In this document: positions 1 through 10,411 of the stretch, one piece after another | Numbering within the stretch: the first letter of the stretch is position 1 | Layout: every line of letters begins with the position of its first letter | Origin: Vampirovibrionaceae bacterium NZW_1234 | Lineage (GTDB): Bacteria > Cyanobacteriota > Vampirovibrionia > Vampirovibrionales > JAGQHJ01 | Assembly (NCBI GenBank): GCA_041697335.1 | Contig: JBGUGD010000023.1 | Span: 1-64,000, forward strand | Length of the DNA stretch: 64,000 nt | Direction of reading: 5' to 3' | Translations under genes and position numbers: made by a program | Notes under the pieces: generated by a model | What the model saw: only the letters and a program-made list of their open reading frames with translations | Told to the model about the DNA's origin: nothing | The model's database searches: none

Positions 1-476
1 ATATTATCTAAATTTGGATTTCCGTAAAGTACGTTGTTCCTATCGACTATTTTCGTTAACAGACCATGTGTTCCTAACCGTGTAATGTTTATAAAAGTTA
101 ATCCTGCATTTTCACAGATTGATTGGATTTCTTCAAAATCCTCATAATTGCACCAGATATCGATGTCGTCATCCCAAGGGATGAGATCGTGATAAAGACT
201 TGCGCCAATCAATGAGCCATACGCCAAAGAGTAGAATTTTTTAGGGGTAATTAAGTCATGAAATCGACAAAACAATTTAAAGAGAGTGTCTTTTTCCAAA
301 GCAGATAATTTGGGTGTGAATAAGAAGGAATTTGTAGTATCAAGGCGGGTTCTAAGGTAATGCTTATAAAGATTTTTTCTTGCATGATGCTTAGCGTGAT
401 ACAGCAGGTGAATAAAAGCTGGATCTTGGCATTGTATGACCTTGTGGTAAATAATGCTTTTCAAATGAGCTAACAC
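1..476 (-). CDS. LicD-family nucleotidyl/phosphotransferase (runs off window start; absent from ORF track)
   Basis: Manual minus-strand translation from GTG at 476 gives ...YSLAYGSLIGASLYHDLIPWDDDIDIWC..., matching the LicD G[ST]L[LI]GA...IPWDDD[IL]D motif; AT-rich. Confidence 0.8.
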   Translation of the reverse strand, partial: MLAHLKSIIYHKVIQCQDPAFIHLLYHAKHHARKNLYKHYLRTRLDTTNSFLFTPKLSALEKDTLFKLFCRFHDLITPKKFYSLAYGSLIGASLYHDLIPWDDDIDIWCNYEDFEEIQSICENAGLTFINITRLGTHGLLTKIVDRNNVLYGNPNLDN

Positions 477-528
477 TTAATATATTTTCCTTGGTTTGAA
501 ATGTGATACATCACACTCCTTTAGAAGC

Positions 529-984
529 TCAACCGGCGTTCTGTTCAATGAAGTCGCGCTGTGTGGTGTCAAGATATTCCCGGATGGTATCCAGAGTTTT
601 TCGCTGGGTTATGAGATTTTTAACTTCGTGCTTGGTTCCCAGGTGAACATATTGTGAGGAGTTACTTTTTCCGGAGGGGGTTTCGGCGTAAAACTTCAGT
701 GAGCGTTGATTTTGCTTATCAAAAGGTAACGAAGAATTTTCAAAATGCCCTAAAATCAATTCGACTTTGCCAATTTCGGGATAAGCATCCGTGACTTCAA
801 AATAAGTTACCAGGGGTGAAAAATCACCGTACTCGGGGACCTCCATGTCGACTTGTTGATGCAAGGTTTTTAGGGCTGTTGTAATGCGAGCATCAATGTC
901 ACCTGAAGGTGTGTTGCCCGACATGGAAGATTGCCCTTGAAACATGGGTTTATGTACTCCTGACTCTATAGTGACATTATACAT
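529..984 (-). CDS. Hypothetical protein, 151 aa
   Basis: ORF with AGG RBS-like sequence; N-terminal KPMFQG leader; no family recognised. Confidence 0.6.
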   Translation of the reverse strand: MYNVTIESGVHKPMFQGQSSMSGNTPSGDIDARITTALKTLHQQVDMEVPEYGDFSPLVTYFEVTDAYPEIGKVELILGHFENSSLPFDKQNQRSLKFYAETPSGKSNSSQYVHLGTKHEVKNLITQRKTLDTIREYLDTTQRDFIEQNAG

Positions 985-1176
985 GACCTTTTCAATCCTC
1001 TGGTGGGTCTTGTCGAGCTCTATTTTGGGGCTAAATAAGGTGTTTGATTTTTAATTTTACAATGTTCGTCCTCACGGCGCAAGTGTCTGAGGGCCGAAAG
1101 TCTGAAGATGACTAATAATTCGGCCTCTTCGTATATTGACCTTTGGTGGTTTTTCTCAGAACTACGATTAAGAAAG

Positions 1177-1203
1177 AGGCGTGCTCAGAAACTGAGCACG
1201 CCT
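1177..1203 (-). terminator. Probable intrinsic terminator downstream of obgE
   Basis: Perfect 12-bp inverted repeat AGGCGTGCTCAG-aaa-CTGAGCACGCCT followed by CTTTCTT on the minus strand. Confidence 0.55.
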
Positions 1204-1387
1204 GGAAAGCGTTAAGACATAAACGAGTCGTTTATTTTTCTCAACGGAAAAGGTTTATTTCTGTGGAAAGTGGAATGTTGATATTTTTATCATACCCAAC
1301 GGCTTCACCCTTGGGTGTCAGCCACATGACAATTTTGTTCGGGAGGCCAAATTGTTTATCCTGATGAAACGTCGTGGCAATGACGGA

Positions 1388-2674
1388 TTAATCGTCGGGG
1401 TGGTATTCAAATTCCCGGCCGCCGATAATGACGGTTTGACCGGGTTGAACCTGTTGGCGCTCCAGTTCATCGTAGACGCCCATGGCCTTGAAGATGTTGA
1501 GCAGACGACGTGTGGCCGAAGGATTTCGAAAATCAGTGACGCGAACCAGACGATCCAGTTTGCCTCCATAAACCACAATGCTTTTGCCTTCATGGCTGAT
1601 TTCAAAGGCACTGTCATCATTGGTGAAGGCTTTGGCATCGGGGACCAGTTCGACCACATGTTCCTCTTCGGGTAACTTGTCGAGGGTTTCAAACATGGTA
1701 TTCAGCAACGGTTGCAGGCCTTGGTGGGTCACGGCCGAGATGGCAAAAATCGGCGAAGCGCCGAGACTTGTAAAGGTTTGTGTCATTTCGGCCAGATAGT
1801 CTTCACTAGGCAGCGCATCGGTTTTGGTGAGTACCAGAATCTGGGGTTTTTCGGAAAGCTTTTGGCTGTAACGGCGTAATTCTTCGTTGATAATTTTCCA
1901 GGCCGAAACCGGATCCGACTCCTCGGGACGGGAAATATCTACCAGGTGCAATAACACCCGGGTGCGTTCCACGTGACGCAGGAAGTCATGGCCCAGGCCC
2001 ACGCCTTCACTGGCGCCTTCAATCAACCCTGGGATATCGGCCACAACCACGCCATCTCCCGAGGGGCGTCTGACCACACCCAGGTTTGGGGTGAGGGTGG
2101 TGAAGGGATAGTCTGCAATTTTAGGTTTTGCCGCACTAATGACACTGATCAGGGTGGATTTTCCGGCATTGGGCAGCCCGAGCAGGCCCACTTCAGCCAG
2201 CAGCTTTAGCTCCAGATCCAGTTCCCGGTGAATGCCGGGTTCGCCGGGCTCGGCAAACTGAGGCGCTTGACGGGTGGAGGAGAGAAAGCGACTGTTGCCT
2301 CGTCCACCTCGACCACCGGAGGCCACCATCACCCGATCACCGGCTTTGGTGAGGTCGGCAATGGCATCGCCAGACTCGGCATCTCGGACCACTGTTCCAC
2401 AAGGGACCTTGATAATTAAATCTTCGCCATCTTTCCCATGGCAGTTCTTGTTCCTGCCCCGTTCGCCATTTCCGGCTTTAAACTGGGACTTGTACGTAAA
2501 GTCCAGCAGGGTATGCAGGTCGGACGTGGCTTCGATATAAACATCACCGCCCCGGCCACCGTCTCCTCCGGCAGGGCCGCCATAGGCCACAAATTTTTCA
2601 CGACGCCACGCAACGATTCCGTCTCCACCCGAGCCGGATTCCACTACCACGCGTACATGATCAACAAATTGCAT
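1388..2674 (-). CDS. obgE: GTPase ObgE/CgtA with C-terminal OCT domain
   Basis: MQFVD start with GGGGA RBS; Gly-rich Obg fold (GGDGGRGG); G1 GLPNAGKS; YPFTT; DIPG; C-terminal IGGREFEY. Confidence 0.97.
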   Translation of the reverse strand: MQFVDHVRVVVESGSGGDGIVAWRREKFVAYGGPAGGDGGRGGDVYIEATSDLHTLLDFTYKSQFKAGNGERGRNKNCHGKDGEDLIIKVPCGTVVRDAESGDAIADLTKAGDRVMVASGGRGGRGNSRFLSSTRQAPQFAEPGEPGIHRELDLELKLLAEVGLLGLPNAGKSTLISVISAAKPKIADYPFTTLTPNLGVVRRPSGDGVVVADIPGLIEGASEGVGLGHDFLRHVERTRVLLHLVDISRPEESDPVSAWKIINEELRRYSQKLSEKPQILVLTKTDALPSEDYLAEMTQTFTSLGASPIFAISAVTHQGLQPLLNTMFETLDKLPEEEHVVELVPDAKAFTNDDSAFEISHEGKSIVVYGGKLDRLVRVTDFRNPSATRRLLNIFKAMGVYDELERQQVQPGQTVIIGGREFEYHPDD

Positions 2675-2765
2675 CTGAGTCCCCGTTTTTGGATTCTGTT
2701 TTTGAGCTTCGATGGAACTTCGACGTCCGAATCGAAGTCGATTCATTATAATAAATCATAGATAG

Positions 2766-3713
2766 ATGACAGATTCAAAGGTCACATCATCACGCTTTGA
2801 GTGGAGGTTTCTGGTGAAACGTGTTCAGCAATGGTTGCTTTTAGGATTAACAATGGGGGTGTTCGGCGGCTTCTTTGTGATGGGCAACGCGTCGACGGTG
2901 ACCGATAATCCTGCCCCGGATAAAGCCGTTACATTGGCATTGACCCCGGGGACTACGGTAAAGCAAGGTGCCATAGTTTTGGCTCGGGTTTCTTCTGCTC
3001 AAACCTTGGGTTCTGGCTGGCGAGTAAAATGGGATGGGAAGGAGCGTCCGTTGTTTCCGCAAGAAGCCGGAACATATGAGGCCCTTTTGGGCGTACAGGC
3101 CGATATGGCTCCAGGGAAACATCCGTTGGTGCTGTTGGACCCGGAGGGCCATGAAGTTTATCGAGAGTCTTTAACCGTGTTGGACGGACGCTATCCGCGT
3201 CAGAACATAACGGTCAGTAAGTCTACGGCGGGGTTGAAGCCATTGCCGGGAGAGTTGGAAGCGATTCAGGATTTAAAAACCGTTTTGACAGCGACACGTC
3301 ATTGGGACCGCTCCTTGATGAGCCCTACGCCGGACTGTCAAATCTCACCCTTTGGCGTAAAACGCTATCATAATGGGGTGTATATTAATGATTATCATAA
3401 GGGGGTCGACTTGCGTTCTCCCCAAGGACGTCCAATCAAGGCCATAACCGATGGGGTGGTGAAAGTGGCAGCGCCTCAGTTTCGGCTTCATGGTGGGACG
3501 GTCGGCCTGGATCATGGCCAGGGGTTGTCTTCGGTGTACATTCATATGTCAAAAGTGGCTGTGAAGACCGGGCAGGCAGTCAAAAAGGGTGATGTCATCG
3601 GCTATGTGGGTTCGACCGGGTTTGCAACCGGGCCGCACTTGCATTGGGGGCTCTATGCCGGTGGCGTTCCTGTAGACCCGGACCAATGGATTCCCGTTCC
3701 TCGCTGCCGTTAA
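2766..3713 (+). CDS. M23 family metallopeptidase
   Basis: N-terminal hydrophobic anchor; HKGVD and GPHLH zinc motifs; YIHMS. Confidence 0.9.
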   Translation: MTDSKVTSSRFEWRFLVKRVQQWLLLGLTMGVFGGFFVMGNASTVTDNPAPDKAVTLALTPGTTVKQGAIVLARVSSAQTLGSGWRVKWDGKERPLFPQEAGTYEALLGVQADMAPGKHPLVLLDPEGHEVYRESLTVLDGRYPRQNITVSKSTAGLKPLPGELEAIQDLKTVLTATRHWDRSLMSPTPDCQISPFGVKRYHNGVYINDYHKGVDLRSPQGRPIKAITDGVVKVAAPQFRLHGGTVGLDHGQGLSSVYIHMSKVAVKTGQAVKKGDVIGYVGSTGFATGPHLHWGLYAGGVPVDPDQWIPVPRCR

Positions 3714-3763
3714 CATTGATGCGTCCACTTTACTCCGGGCGGTTTTTTCGCTAGGCTCTCCCC

Positions 3764-4888
3764 ATGCGAATGCCCCTGTTTACACTCGAGCGATTCTTTG
3801 CCCAATATGAGCATGCGGGACACTTGCTGCTGTGTGCGTCCGGCGTGGAGTCGCTGTGTGTCGACGATCTGTTTTCCTGGGCGTCGGAGGCGTGCGAGTC
3901 GTTTTCCCGGTTGCCGCTCGGGTATATTGATGTTGCCGGACCCGAGTCACTTCGAACTCAGATTGCGTCGCTTTATTCGAATGTGTCTCCCGACAGGTTC
4001 CTCGTGCATACAGGGGCGGCCGAGGCGATTTTTAATACCCTGAATGCGTTGTTGTCCCCTGGCGATCATGTGGTGGTCCATTATCCTTGCTATGGCTCGC
4101 TGCATCACATTGCGGAGGCTATCGGGTGTGAGATTTCTCTTTGGGAGGCCTCACCACAGACCCGGTGGGCCTTGGATCCGGAAGCGTTAAAACGGATGAT
4201 CCGCCCCAATACCAAGGTGATCATCGTGAATGTGCCCCACAACCCCACCGGCTATGTTATGCCTCTGGCTGAATGGCAAGCACTGGTGGATCTGGCCCGG
4301 CAGTCGGGTATCTATATTCTGGCGGACGAGGTCTACCGGTTTCTCGAACATGCTCCCCTTACCCCCTTGCCGTCGATGGTCGATATGTACGAGCGGGGCA
4401 TTGCCATTGGGAGCATGTCCAAAGCCTTTGCGATGCCCGGGCTTCGCCTGGGGTGGGTTGCGACTCAGGACACAGCCCTGTTAAATGCCATTGCTGCCTT
4501 CAAGGATTACACGAGTATTTGTATCAATGCGCCCGGTGCCTTTTTGGCAGAGCTGGCTCTTGTGCACAAAGAGACAATCTTTGCCCGAAATCATGCCATC
4601 TTGGATCACAACAGGCAGGTTCTTTCTGACTTTTTAAACGCTCATCGGTCAACCTTCAACTGGGTGCCGCCCCAGGCGGGTGCCACGGTCTTTGTCGGGT
4701 TGAACGCAGGGCAATCCAGTGAACGATTTTGTGCTCAGCTCTTGGCACAGCAGAATGTCCTGTTGTTGCCGAGCCGTTATTACGATTATCCAGACGGGTT
4801 CTTCCGTCTGGGCTTTGGTGCTCGGAACTTTCCAGCGGTCTTGCAAAAACTCGCCGCGTTCTTGGAATCGGCGCACTTGTCAGTTTAA
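3764..4888 (+). CDS. PLP-dependent aminotransferase, class I/II
   Basis: PHNPTG, DEVY and SMSKAFAMPGLRLGW (PLP lysine). Confidence 0.9.
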   Translation: MRMPLFTLERFFAQYEHAGHLLLCASGVESLCVDDLFSWASEACESFSRLPLGYIDVAGPESLRTQIASLYSNVSPDRFLVHTGAAEAIFNTLNALLSPGDHVVVHYPCYGSLHHIAEAIGCEISLWEASPQTRWALDPEALKRMIRPNTKVIIVNVPHNPTGYVMPLAEWQALVDLARQSGIYILADEVYRFLEHAPLTPLPSMVDMYERGIAIGSMSKAFAMPGLRLGWVATQDTALLNAIAAFKDYTSICINAPGAFLAELALVHKETIFARNHAILDHNRQVLSDFLNAHRSTFNWVPPQAGATVFVGLNAGQSSERFCAQLLAQQNVLLLPSRYYDYPDGFFRLGFGARNFPAVLQKLAAFLESAHLSV

Positions 4889-4907
4889 TAGGTATTTCGG
4901 GAATATC

Positions 4908-6035
4908 TTAAACGAGGACGGCTTCTTTTCCGGCAGAAGCGGCGCGTTCCAGGAGCATGGCTTCGTTTTCTTCCAGAAAACGGTTTAACTCGGTCTTGAA
5001 GACTTCGAGGGCTTGATCCTGCGGGACTTTATGGAGCACGTCCATCCCTCGAAAGACATAGAACTCGTTACGGGCGCCGGCAATCCCCAGGTCGGCATGG
5101 GCGGCCTCACCCGGGCCGTTGACAAAGCAGCCCATCACGGCCACTCGGACCGGGAGTTTAATCTTGGCAATGAGGGCTTCAACCTGATTGGCCAGCCCGT
5201 GTAAATCGACTTCGGCACGGCCACAGCTGGGGCAGCTCACCAGATCGGCGCTTTCCTTGCGAAGGCCGACGGCTTTCAGGATTTCGTGACCGGCGGTGAC
5301 TTCCTCAACCGAATCGGCAGTCAGGGACACACGAATGGTGTCACCAATCCCTTCGGCCAGAAGGATGCCAATCCCGACAGCGGATTTAATGAGGCCGCGT
5401 TTCAAGGTGCCTGCCTCGGTCACGCCCAGGTGAAGGGGGTAGGGAATCGCTGCGGCCACCCGCCGATAGGCTTCGACCATAATCATCGGGTCACTGGCCT
5501 TGACGGAAACCTTCATATTGAAGAAGTCTTCTTCTTCCAACAGCCTGACATTCAAAAGGGCGCTCTCCACCAAGGCCGAGCAAATGTCATCGGGAAATTT
5601 CTCTTTGACGATTTTTTCCAAAGAGCCTGCATTGACGCCGATGCGAATGGGGAGATTGCGTTCTTTAGCTTTTTCCACAACTTTGCGGATGAATTCCTTG
5701 CGAGGCAGGTTGCCCGGGTTGATGCGAAGAGCATGAACGCCGTTGTCGGCTGCCTGTAACGCGAGTCGATAGTCAAAATGGATGTCGGCCACCACCGGGA
5801 TAGGGGAGCGGGGAATGATCGACTTTAATGCTTCGGCGGCTTCTTTATCCGGTACGGCGAGGCGGACGACTTCACACCCGGCGTCAGTCAGACGCTTGAT
5901 CTGGTGAACGGTCTCTTGCACATCTCTTGTGTCCGAGGTGGTCATGGATTGAACGACAATGGGCGCATCCCCGCCAATGGGAACATCTTTAATGAAGATC
6001 TGGGTTGAGGCTCGTCGTTGAATGCGTGTCGTCAT
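4908..6035 (-). CDS. ispG: 4-hydroxy-3-methylbut-2-en-1-yl diphosphate synthase
   Basis: VQSMT, ADIHF, RINPGN, PLHLGVTEAG, GDTIRVSL, SCPSCGR, MGCFVNGPGEA. Confidence 0.97.
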   Translation of the reverse strand: MTTRIQRRASTQIFIKDVPIGGDAPIVVQSMTTSDTRDVQETVHQIKRLTDAGCEVVRLAVPDKEAAEALKSIIPRSPIPVVADIHFDYRLALQAADNGVHALRINPGNLPRKEFIRKVVEKAKERNLPIRIGVNAGSLEKIVKEKFPDDICSALVESALLNVRLLEEEDFFNMKVSVKASDPMIMVEAYRRVAAAIPYPLHLGVTEAGTLKRGLIKSAVGIGILLAEGIGDTIRVSLTADSVEEVTAGHEILKAVGLRKESADLVSCPSCGRAEVDLHGLANQVEALIAKIKLPVRVAVMGCFVNGPGEAAHADLGIAGARNEFYVFRGMDVLHKVPQDQALEVFKTELNRFLEENEAMLLERAASAGKEAVLV

Positions 6036-6074
6036 CGCTGTTTCCTCTTGAATAAACGTGCTTTAATCAACGGT

Positions 6075-7721
6075 TTAGACGGGTGAAAGCAATGGATCGC
6101 CGTACTTCTCGATCCCGGATTCCCGATACAACACGTCCTTGGGAACACCCAGGAACAAGCTGTCCCACGGAAAAATCTCATCGACAGTCCGCTTACGTAG
6201 AGCATACCAGTCCAGCGAAGGGAGATCAACGGGAGAGCCCTGAGCATGCATTTGTTTCAAGGTGCGGTTCAACGCCCCCAAGTTGGCCCCTTGCTTGGCA
6301 AATTCAACGATGAATCGGGACATCCGGCGATCGCCTCTGGAAAACAGGGCCTGGACATAATCCCATTTTGGGCTGGAGGGTCTGAATTCACAGGTCTTCA
6401 CCAGATTCTTGCGCAGGTATTCCTGCTTGGCCTGGAGTTGCTTGGTACTTTCCCGGGGCATCCACTGAAATGGCGTGGCGGCCTTGGGGACGAAGGTGCT
6501 GCAGCCCAGGCTGAGTTTCAACTTGGGATTGGCTTTCTTGAGCCCTTTCATCAGGGCAATGGTCTGGTCTAAATCGTCCCAGGTTTCGTTGGGCAAGCCC
6601 ACCATGCCATAGAGTTTCATGGCAGGAATTCCGACATTCGCCACGATCTCTGCGGCCCGGTAAATTGCCTCCGTCGATAAATGCTTGTTGATGCGATGCC
6701 GAAGGGGCTCGGAACCGGACTCCACGGCAATGGTGACGGTTTGCTGGCCACCATGTTTAAAGGTTTCTCCAATATGCGGTGTGAGTGTATCGGCTCGGAG
6801 CGAGGCCGCAGTGACTTCGATATCGGACTTGGATTTGAGAAAGTCACATAAGGCACTAAATTCGGGATGATCGGCAATCAGTACGCCCAAGAGCCCGATT
6901 TTTCGGGTGTACTGAAGCCCATGTTCAATGTGCTGTTCAAGACGCTCCAGCGTTGGCCCTCGGGCAGGCAGAGTTGCGTAACTGGCCAGACAGAAACGGC
7001 AACGATGGGCACAGCCTCGCATGACTTCCACGAGAAAAGTGTTTGAGAAGATGGTGTCGCTGGTCAGGATGGGCGAGGCCGAGATGACCTCGCTCATATC
7101 GGAAACGGTTTGTTTTTGAACCGGCATCGGGATGTCCGGAACCGCGGGGTGAATGGCTGCAACCTCGCCTGTGGTTAGATACTCGATATCATAAAGCGAA
7201 GGAATATAAATCCCTGCAACTTCCCGGGCCAGGGCAATCAGCTTTTCCCGACGGTCTTGAATATGACGGTAGCGTTTGCTGAACTCAATCAACGCATCCA
7301 ACGTCTCTTCCCCGTCACCAATGATGAAAAAATCGAAGAAATCGGCATAGGGTTCCGGGTTGGTGGTCGGTACAGGACCTCCGGCAAAGATTAACGGCAG
7401 ATCGTTGTTCCGTTCGCTGGCCATCAGGGGAATGCAGAAATGGGTAAAGATTTTCATGACCTCGATGATGTCCAACTCAAAAGAGAAGGAAAAACCCATT
7501 AGTTCCAGATCCTGGATGGACTCTGATGCCAGATCATCCGTCGTAATTCGTCGCACGGCCACATCGGCCCGCTGATCCATTTGACGAAACAAATTCAGGT
7601 ACCCGAGCGACGACATGGACACCGCATAGGTGTACGGGTACATCAAGCCCAGGCGAATCGCATCCGGTGAGGGAAGGGTTGGTGTATAGAGATACGTTTC
7701 AGCTCTGGCGGCGGGTTTCAT
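6075..7721 (-). CDS. B12-binding-domain-like radical SAM protein
   Basis: EVMRGCAHRCRFC (CxxxCxxC); GGPVPTTNPEP; FVPKAATPFQW. Confidence 0.85.
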   Translation of the reverse strand: MKPAARAETYLYTPTLPSPDAIRLGLMYPYTYAVSMSSLGYLNLFRQMDQRADVAVRRITTDDLASESIQDLELMGFSFSFELDIIEVMKIFTHFCIPLMASERNNDLPLIFAGGPVPTTNPEPYADFFDFFIIGDGEETLDALIEFSKRYRHIQDRREKLIALAREVAGIYIPSLYDIEYLTTGEVAAIHPAVPDIPMPVQKQTVSDMSEVISASPILTSDTIFSNTFLVEVMRGCAHRCRFCLASYATLPARGPTLERLEQHIEHGLQYTRKIGLLGVLIADHPEFSALCDFLKSKSDIEVTAASLRADTLTPHIGETFKHGGQQTVTIAVESGSEPLRHRINKHLSTEAIYRAAEIVANVGIPAMKLYGMVGLPNETWDDLDQTIALMKGLKKANPKLKLSLGCSTFVPKAATPFQWMPRESTKQLQAKQEYLRKNLVKTCEFRPSSPKWDYVQALFSRGDRRMSRFIVEFAKQGANLGALNRTLKQMHAQGSPVDLPSLDWYALRKRTVDEIFPWDSLFLGVPKDVLYRESGIEKYGDPLLSPV

Positions 7722-7960
7722 CGGTTTGGTCTTTATGGTTGGGATATCACTTAAGGCGGTTTCGGAACTCGTTGCCTTTGTCCAACTGCTTCCGTTACAC
7801 TAAGGGTGCCCTTCAATGGTCGTTATCTCTGGTTGAATCAAAACGGCCCCGGCAATGTGATTGATCATAAATCTAGCTGATATCCTAGCACAGGAGCGGT
7901 CCAAAACCCAGATTTGTCGCCGGGATACCCACGCAAGCAAACGAGGAAGCGAGTTGAAAG

Positions 7961-9064
7961 ATGACTACCCTGCTGTCCCAACCGTCCTATTCAGTTACCT
8001 CTGACAAACGTATTACGAAAGAAGAAGCCCTGGCGCTTCTGGAGCATGGTGATTTGCTGACCCTCGGCCTTCAGGCCGAAGCCGTCAAAGCCCGGTATCA
8101 CAAGCCGGAAGATCCGGTTACGTTTGTTATTGACCGCAATGTGAACTACACCAACGTATGCAACGTAGATTGTATGTTCTGCGCTTTTTATCGTCATAAA
8201 GACGATCCCGATGCGTACACGCTGACTTATGCGCAGATCAAACCCAAAATTCAGGAACTGGTGGATGTGAATGGCACCCAGTTGTTGCTTCAAGGCGGTG
8301 TAAACCCGGATTTGCCCTTTGAATACTATACCGATCTGGTTGCCGCCATTCGCAAGGACTATCCCGATTTGACGATTCACGCGTTTTCACCCACCGAGAT
8401 TGCCTTTATGGTGGAGCTGACCGGCTGGCCCTTGAAAACGGTGCTTCAGAAACTGGTGGATGCCGGTATGTCTTCCATTCCGGGTGGTGGAGCCGAAGTG
8501 TTGGATGACTGGGTTCGCAAAAAAGTCAGTCCCAAAAAAGTCGATTCCATAGGCTGGCTCGAGGTGATGGAAGCCGCTCATGAGATTGGTCTTCAGACCA
8601 CCGCAACAATGATGTTCGGCATGGTGGATCGTCCCGAACATATTGTGAACCACTTGTTCAAGGTACGTGATTTGCAAGATCGAACCGGTGGCTTTACGGC
8701 CTTTATTCCCTGGACCTTCCAGCCCGCCAATACCCAACTGGCCAAACTGCCCAAGCTGGCGACCGGTGTGGATTACCTTAAGGTTTTGGCCTTGGGCCGG
8801 ATTGTATTGGATAACATCCCCAACATTCAGGCGTCCTGGATTACACAGGGCTTGAAGCTGTGCCAAACCGCATTGTCTTTTGGCGCAAATGATGTCGGTG
8901 GCCTGTTGCTCGAAGAGAACGTGGTGACCCAGGCAGGTGTCAAAGCTGAAACCCAGCAGCTGGAAACCATGGTGGACCTCATCCATAAAACCGGCAAAGA
9001 CGCTGCCCAACGGGACACCGCCTACCGGATTTTGCGGCATTATCCCCGGTTAAGCGCGCGCTGA
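7961..9064 (+). CDS. mqnC: Cyclic dehypoxanthine futalosine synthase (radical SAM; futalosine menaquinone pathway)
   Basis: TFVIDRNVNYTNVCNVDCMFCAF, LLQGG, PGGGAE, TATMMFG, AFIPWTFQ, NIQASW, EENVV. Confidence 0.85.
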   Translation: MTTLLSQPSYSVTSDKRITKEEALALLEHGDLLTLGLQAEAVKARYHKPEDPVTFVIDRNVNYTNVCNVDCMFCAFYRHKDDPDAYTLTYAQIKPKIQELVDVNGTQLLLQGGVNPDLPFEYYTDLVAAIRKDYPDLTIHAFSPTEIAFMVELTGWPLKTVLQKLVDAGMSSIPGGGAEVLDDWVRKKVSPKKVDSIGWLEVMEAAHEIGLQTTATMMFGMVDRPEHIVNHLFKVRDLQDRTGGFTAFIPWTFQPANTQLAKLPKLATGVDYLKVLALGRIVLDNIPNIQASWITQGLKLCQTALSFGANDVGGLLLEENVVTQAGVKAETQQLETMVDLIHKTGKDAAQRDTAYRILRHYPRLSAR

Positions 9065-9144
9065 GAATGTATTGACGAAGTCTCACTTTGCGGGTGAGAT
9101 TGTGTTAGCATAAGCCATACTGCGACTCTGGAGCTTTTATCTGT

Positions 9145-10308
9145 ATGTCAGGAACAACGGCTGCCAAATCTTCTCGGATATTTGGACTTGATGTATTCAG
9201 AAGTGTCGCGATATTGATGGTTCTCTTCGGCCACTCACTTTTTCCACTATTAAAGCTTACCCACACCAGGCAAGTTTTCTCTGAGCCAACCTATCTGATT
9301 GTCAAAGAATGGGTAAATTTTATTGGACATTACGGTGTGGATCTGTTTTTTGTTCTCAGTGGCTTTCTGATAGGGCGAATTATTATTAAAGATCTTTTGC
9401 AAAGCGAACAAAAACCTGCTTTGTGGAATTTTTATGCTCGTCGATGGTTTCGGACCTTACCCGCCTATTATTTTGTCTTATCCATCTGCCAGTTGTTCTC
9501 ATCAAAACCGCATTGGGACTATTTTCTGTTTCTTCAATATTTTACATCGATGGATAAGAAGTTTTTTCCTGTTTCCTGGAGCCTTGTTGTTGAGGAGTGG
9601 TTTTATTTAACTGCTCCCGTAATTTTGCTCATGGTCATTCCCAGACATGCAGATAGTCGACGCATTCTCTATTCAGTAGTTGGCCTTTATTTGGCATTTA
9701 TTGCCCTTTGGTTTTTAACCGTTTATCGTCCATTTTACTCGGGCCCGCCATTAGAAAGTCGTTTCGGATTTTTAATCATGGGTGTCATTCTTGCTGCATT
9801 CAAGCTCAGTTATCCTAAAGTTTACCGTTCTCTCTCTCATCCTTTCATCTTTCTGGGTTCAGTGCTCATTATTCTATTTTATTTGTATTGGAGTACTGTT
9901 TTGGCAGGTGTTGCTTCCTATCCCTTAGTCAACATGCTCTGTTTTGGACCATTGATGCATATCTGTGTCGTTCTATTGCTGCCTCTATTTGATGTGGATT
10001 CACGAATCAATGTATCTCTTGCTAAAAATCAGATTTTTGGGCCGTTCTTTACAACAATCAGTCTCTTATCATATTCAATTTACCTGATTCATTATCAATT
10101 AATCCTTTTGTTGGCAAGCTATAAGGATACTTATTGGGCTATTTTCCTCTGTTTGCTTGCGAGCATCCTATTAACTTTTATTCTCTCATGGGGGGTATAT
10201 CGTTATATTGAGCGGCCATTTATGACCATTCGAGATCGATTATTTCCAGGCCGGGGCCAGGGTGCAGAGAGTCCAGTGCTTATTGCCGGATCTTCCGTAA
10301 CTGTTTAA
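9145..10308 (+). CDS. Acyltransferase-3 (OafA/YrhL-like) membrane O-acyltransferase
   Basis: GLDVFRSVAILMV, GVDLFFVLSGFLI, RRWFRTLP, WSLVVEEWFY, SYSIYLIH, YRYIERPF; AT-rich. Confidence 0.92.
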   Translation: MSGTTAAKSSRIFGLDVFRSVAILMVLFGHSLFPLLKLTHTRQVFSEPTYLIVKEWVNFIGHYGVDLFFVLSGFLIGRIIIKDLLQSEQKPALWNFYARRWFRTLPAYYFVLSICQLFSSKPHWDYFLFLQYFTSMDKKFFPVSWSLVVEEWFYLTAPVILLMVIPRHADSRRILYSVVGLYLAFIALWFLTVYRPFYSGPPLESRFGFLIMGVILAAFKLSYPKVYRSLSHPFIFLGSVLIILFYLYWSTVLAGVASYPLVNMLCFGPLMHICVVLLLPLFDVDSRINVSLAKNQIFGPFFTTISLLSYSIYLIHYQLILLLASYKDTYWAIFLCLLASILLTFILSWGVYRYIERPFMTIRDRLFPGRGQGAESPVLIAGSSVTV

Positions 10309-10411
10309 ATTCATGGGTCGTATACAGATTGCTAAGGGATGCGCTTGTGTCCTTTAAAAAAGTTCAACAACAGTACCTATTTTTAGTTGTTTTTAGTAAA
10401 ATTCAAAATAA

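Noticed and set aside
502..515. CRP-like site TGTGA-TACA-TCACA
   Set aside because: Spacer is 4 bp rather than 6; it may be another operator but is unsupported.
1085..1130. Hammerhead-like words (CTGAAGA, GAAA) in a hairpin
   Set aside because: Order and spacing cannot form the three-stem core.
2675..2746. ObgE N-terminal extension containing LRFG
   Set aside because: The canonical MQFVD start has its own RBS, so the upstream ATG is probably not used. It is not counted as a leader and shows the short motif can arise by chance.
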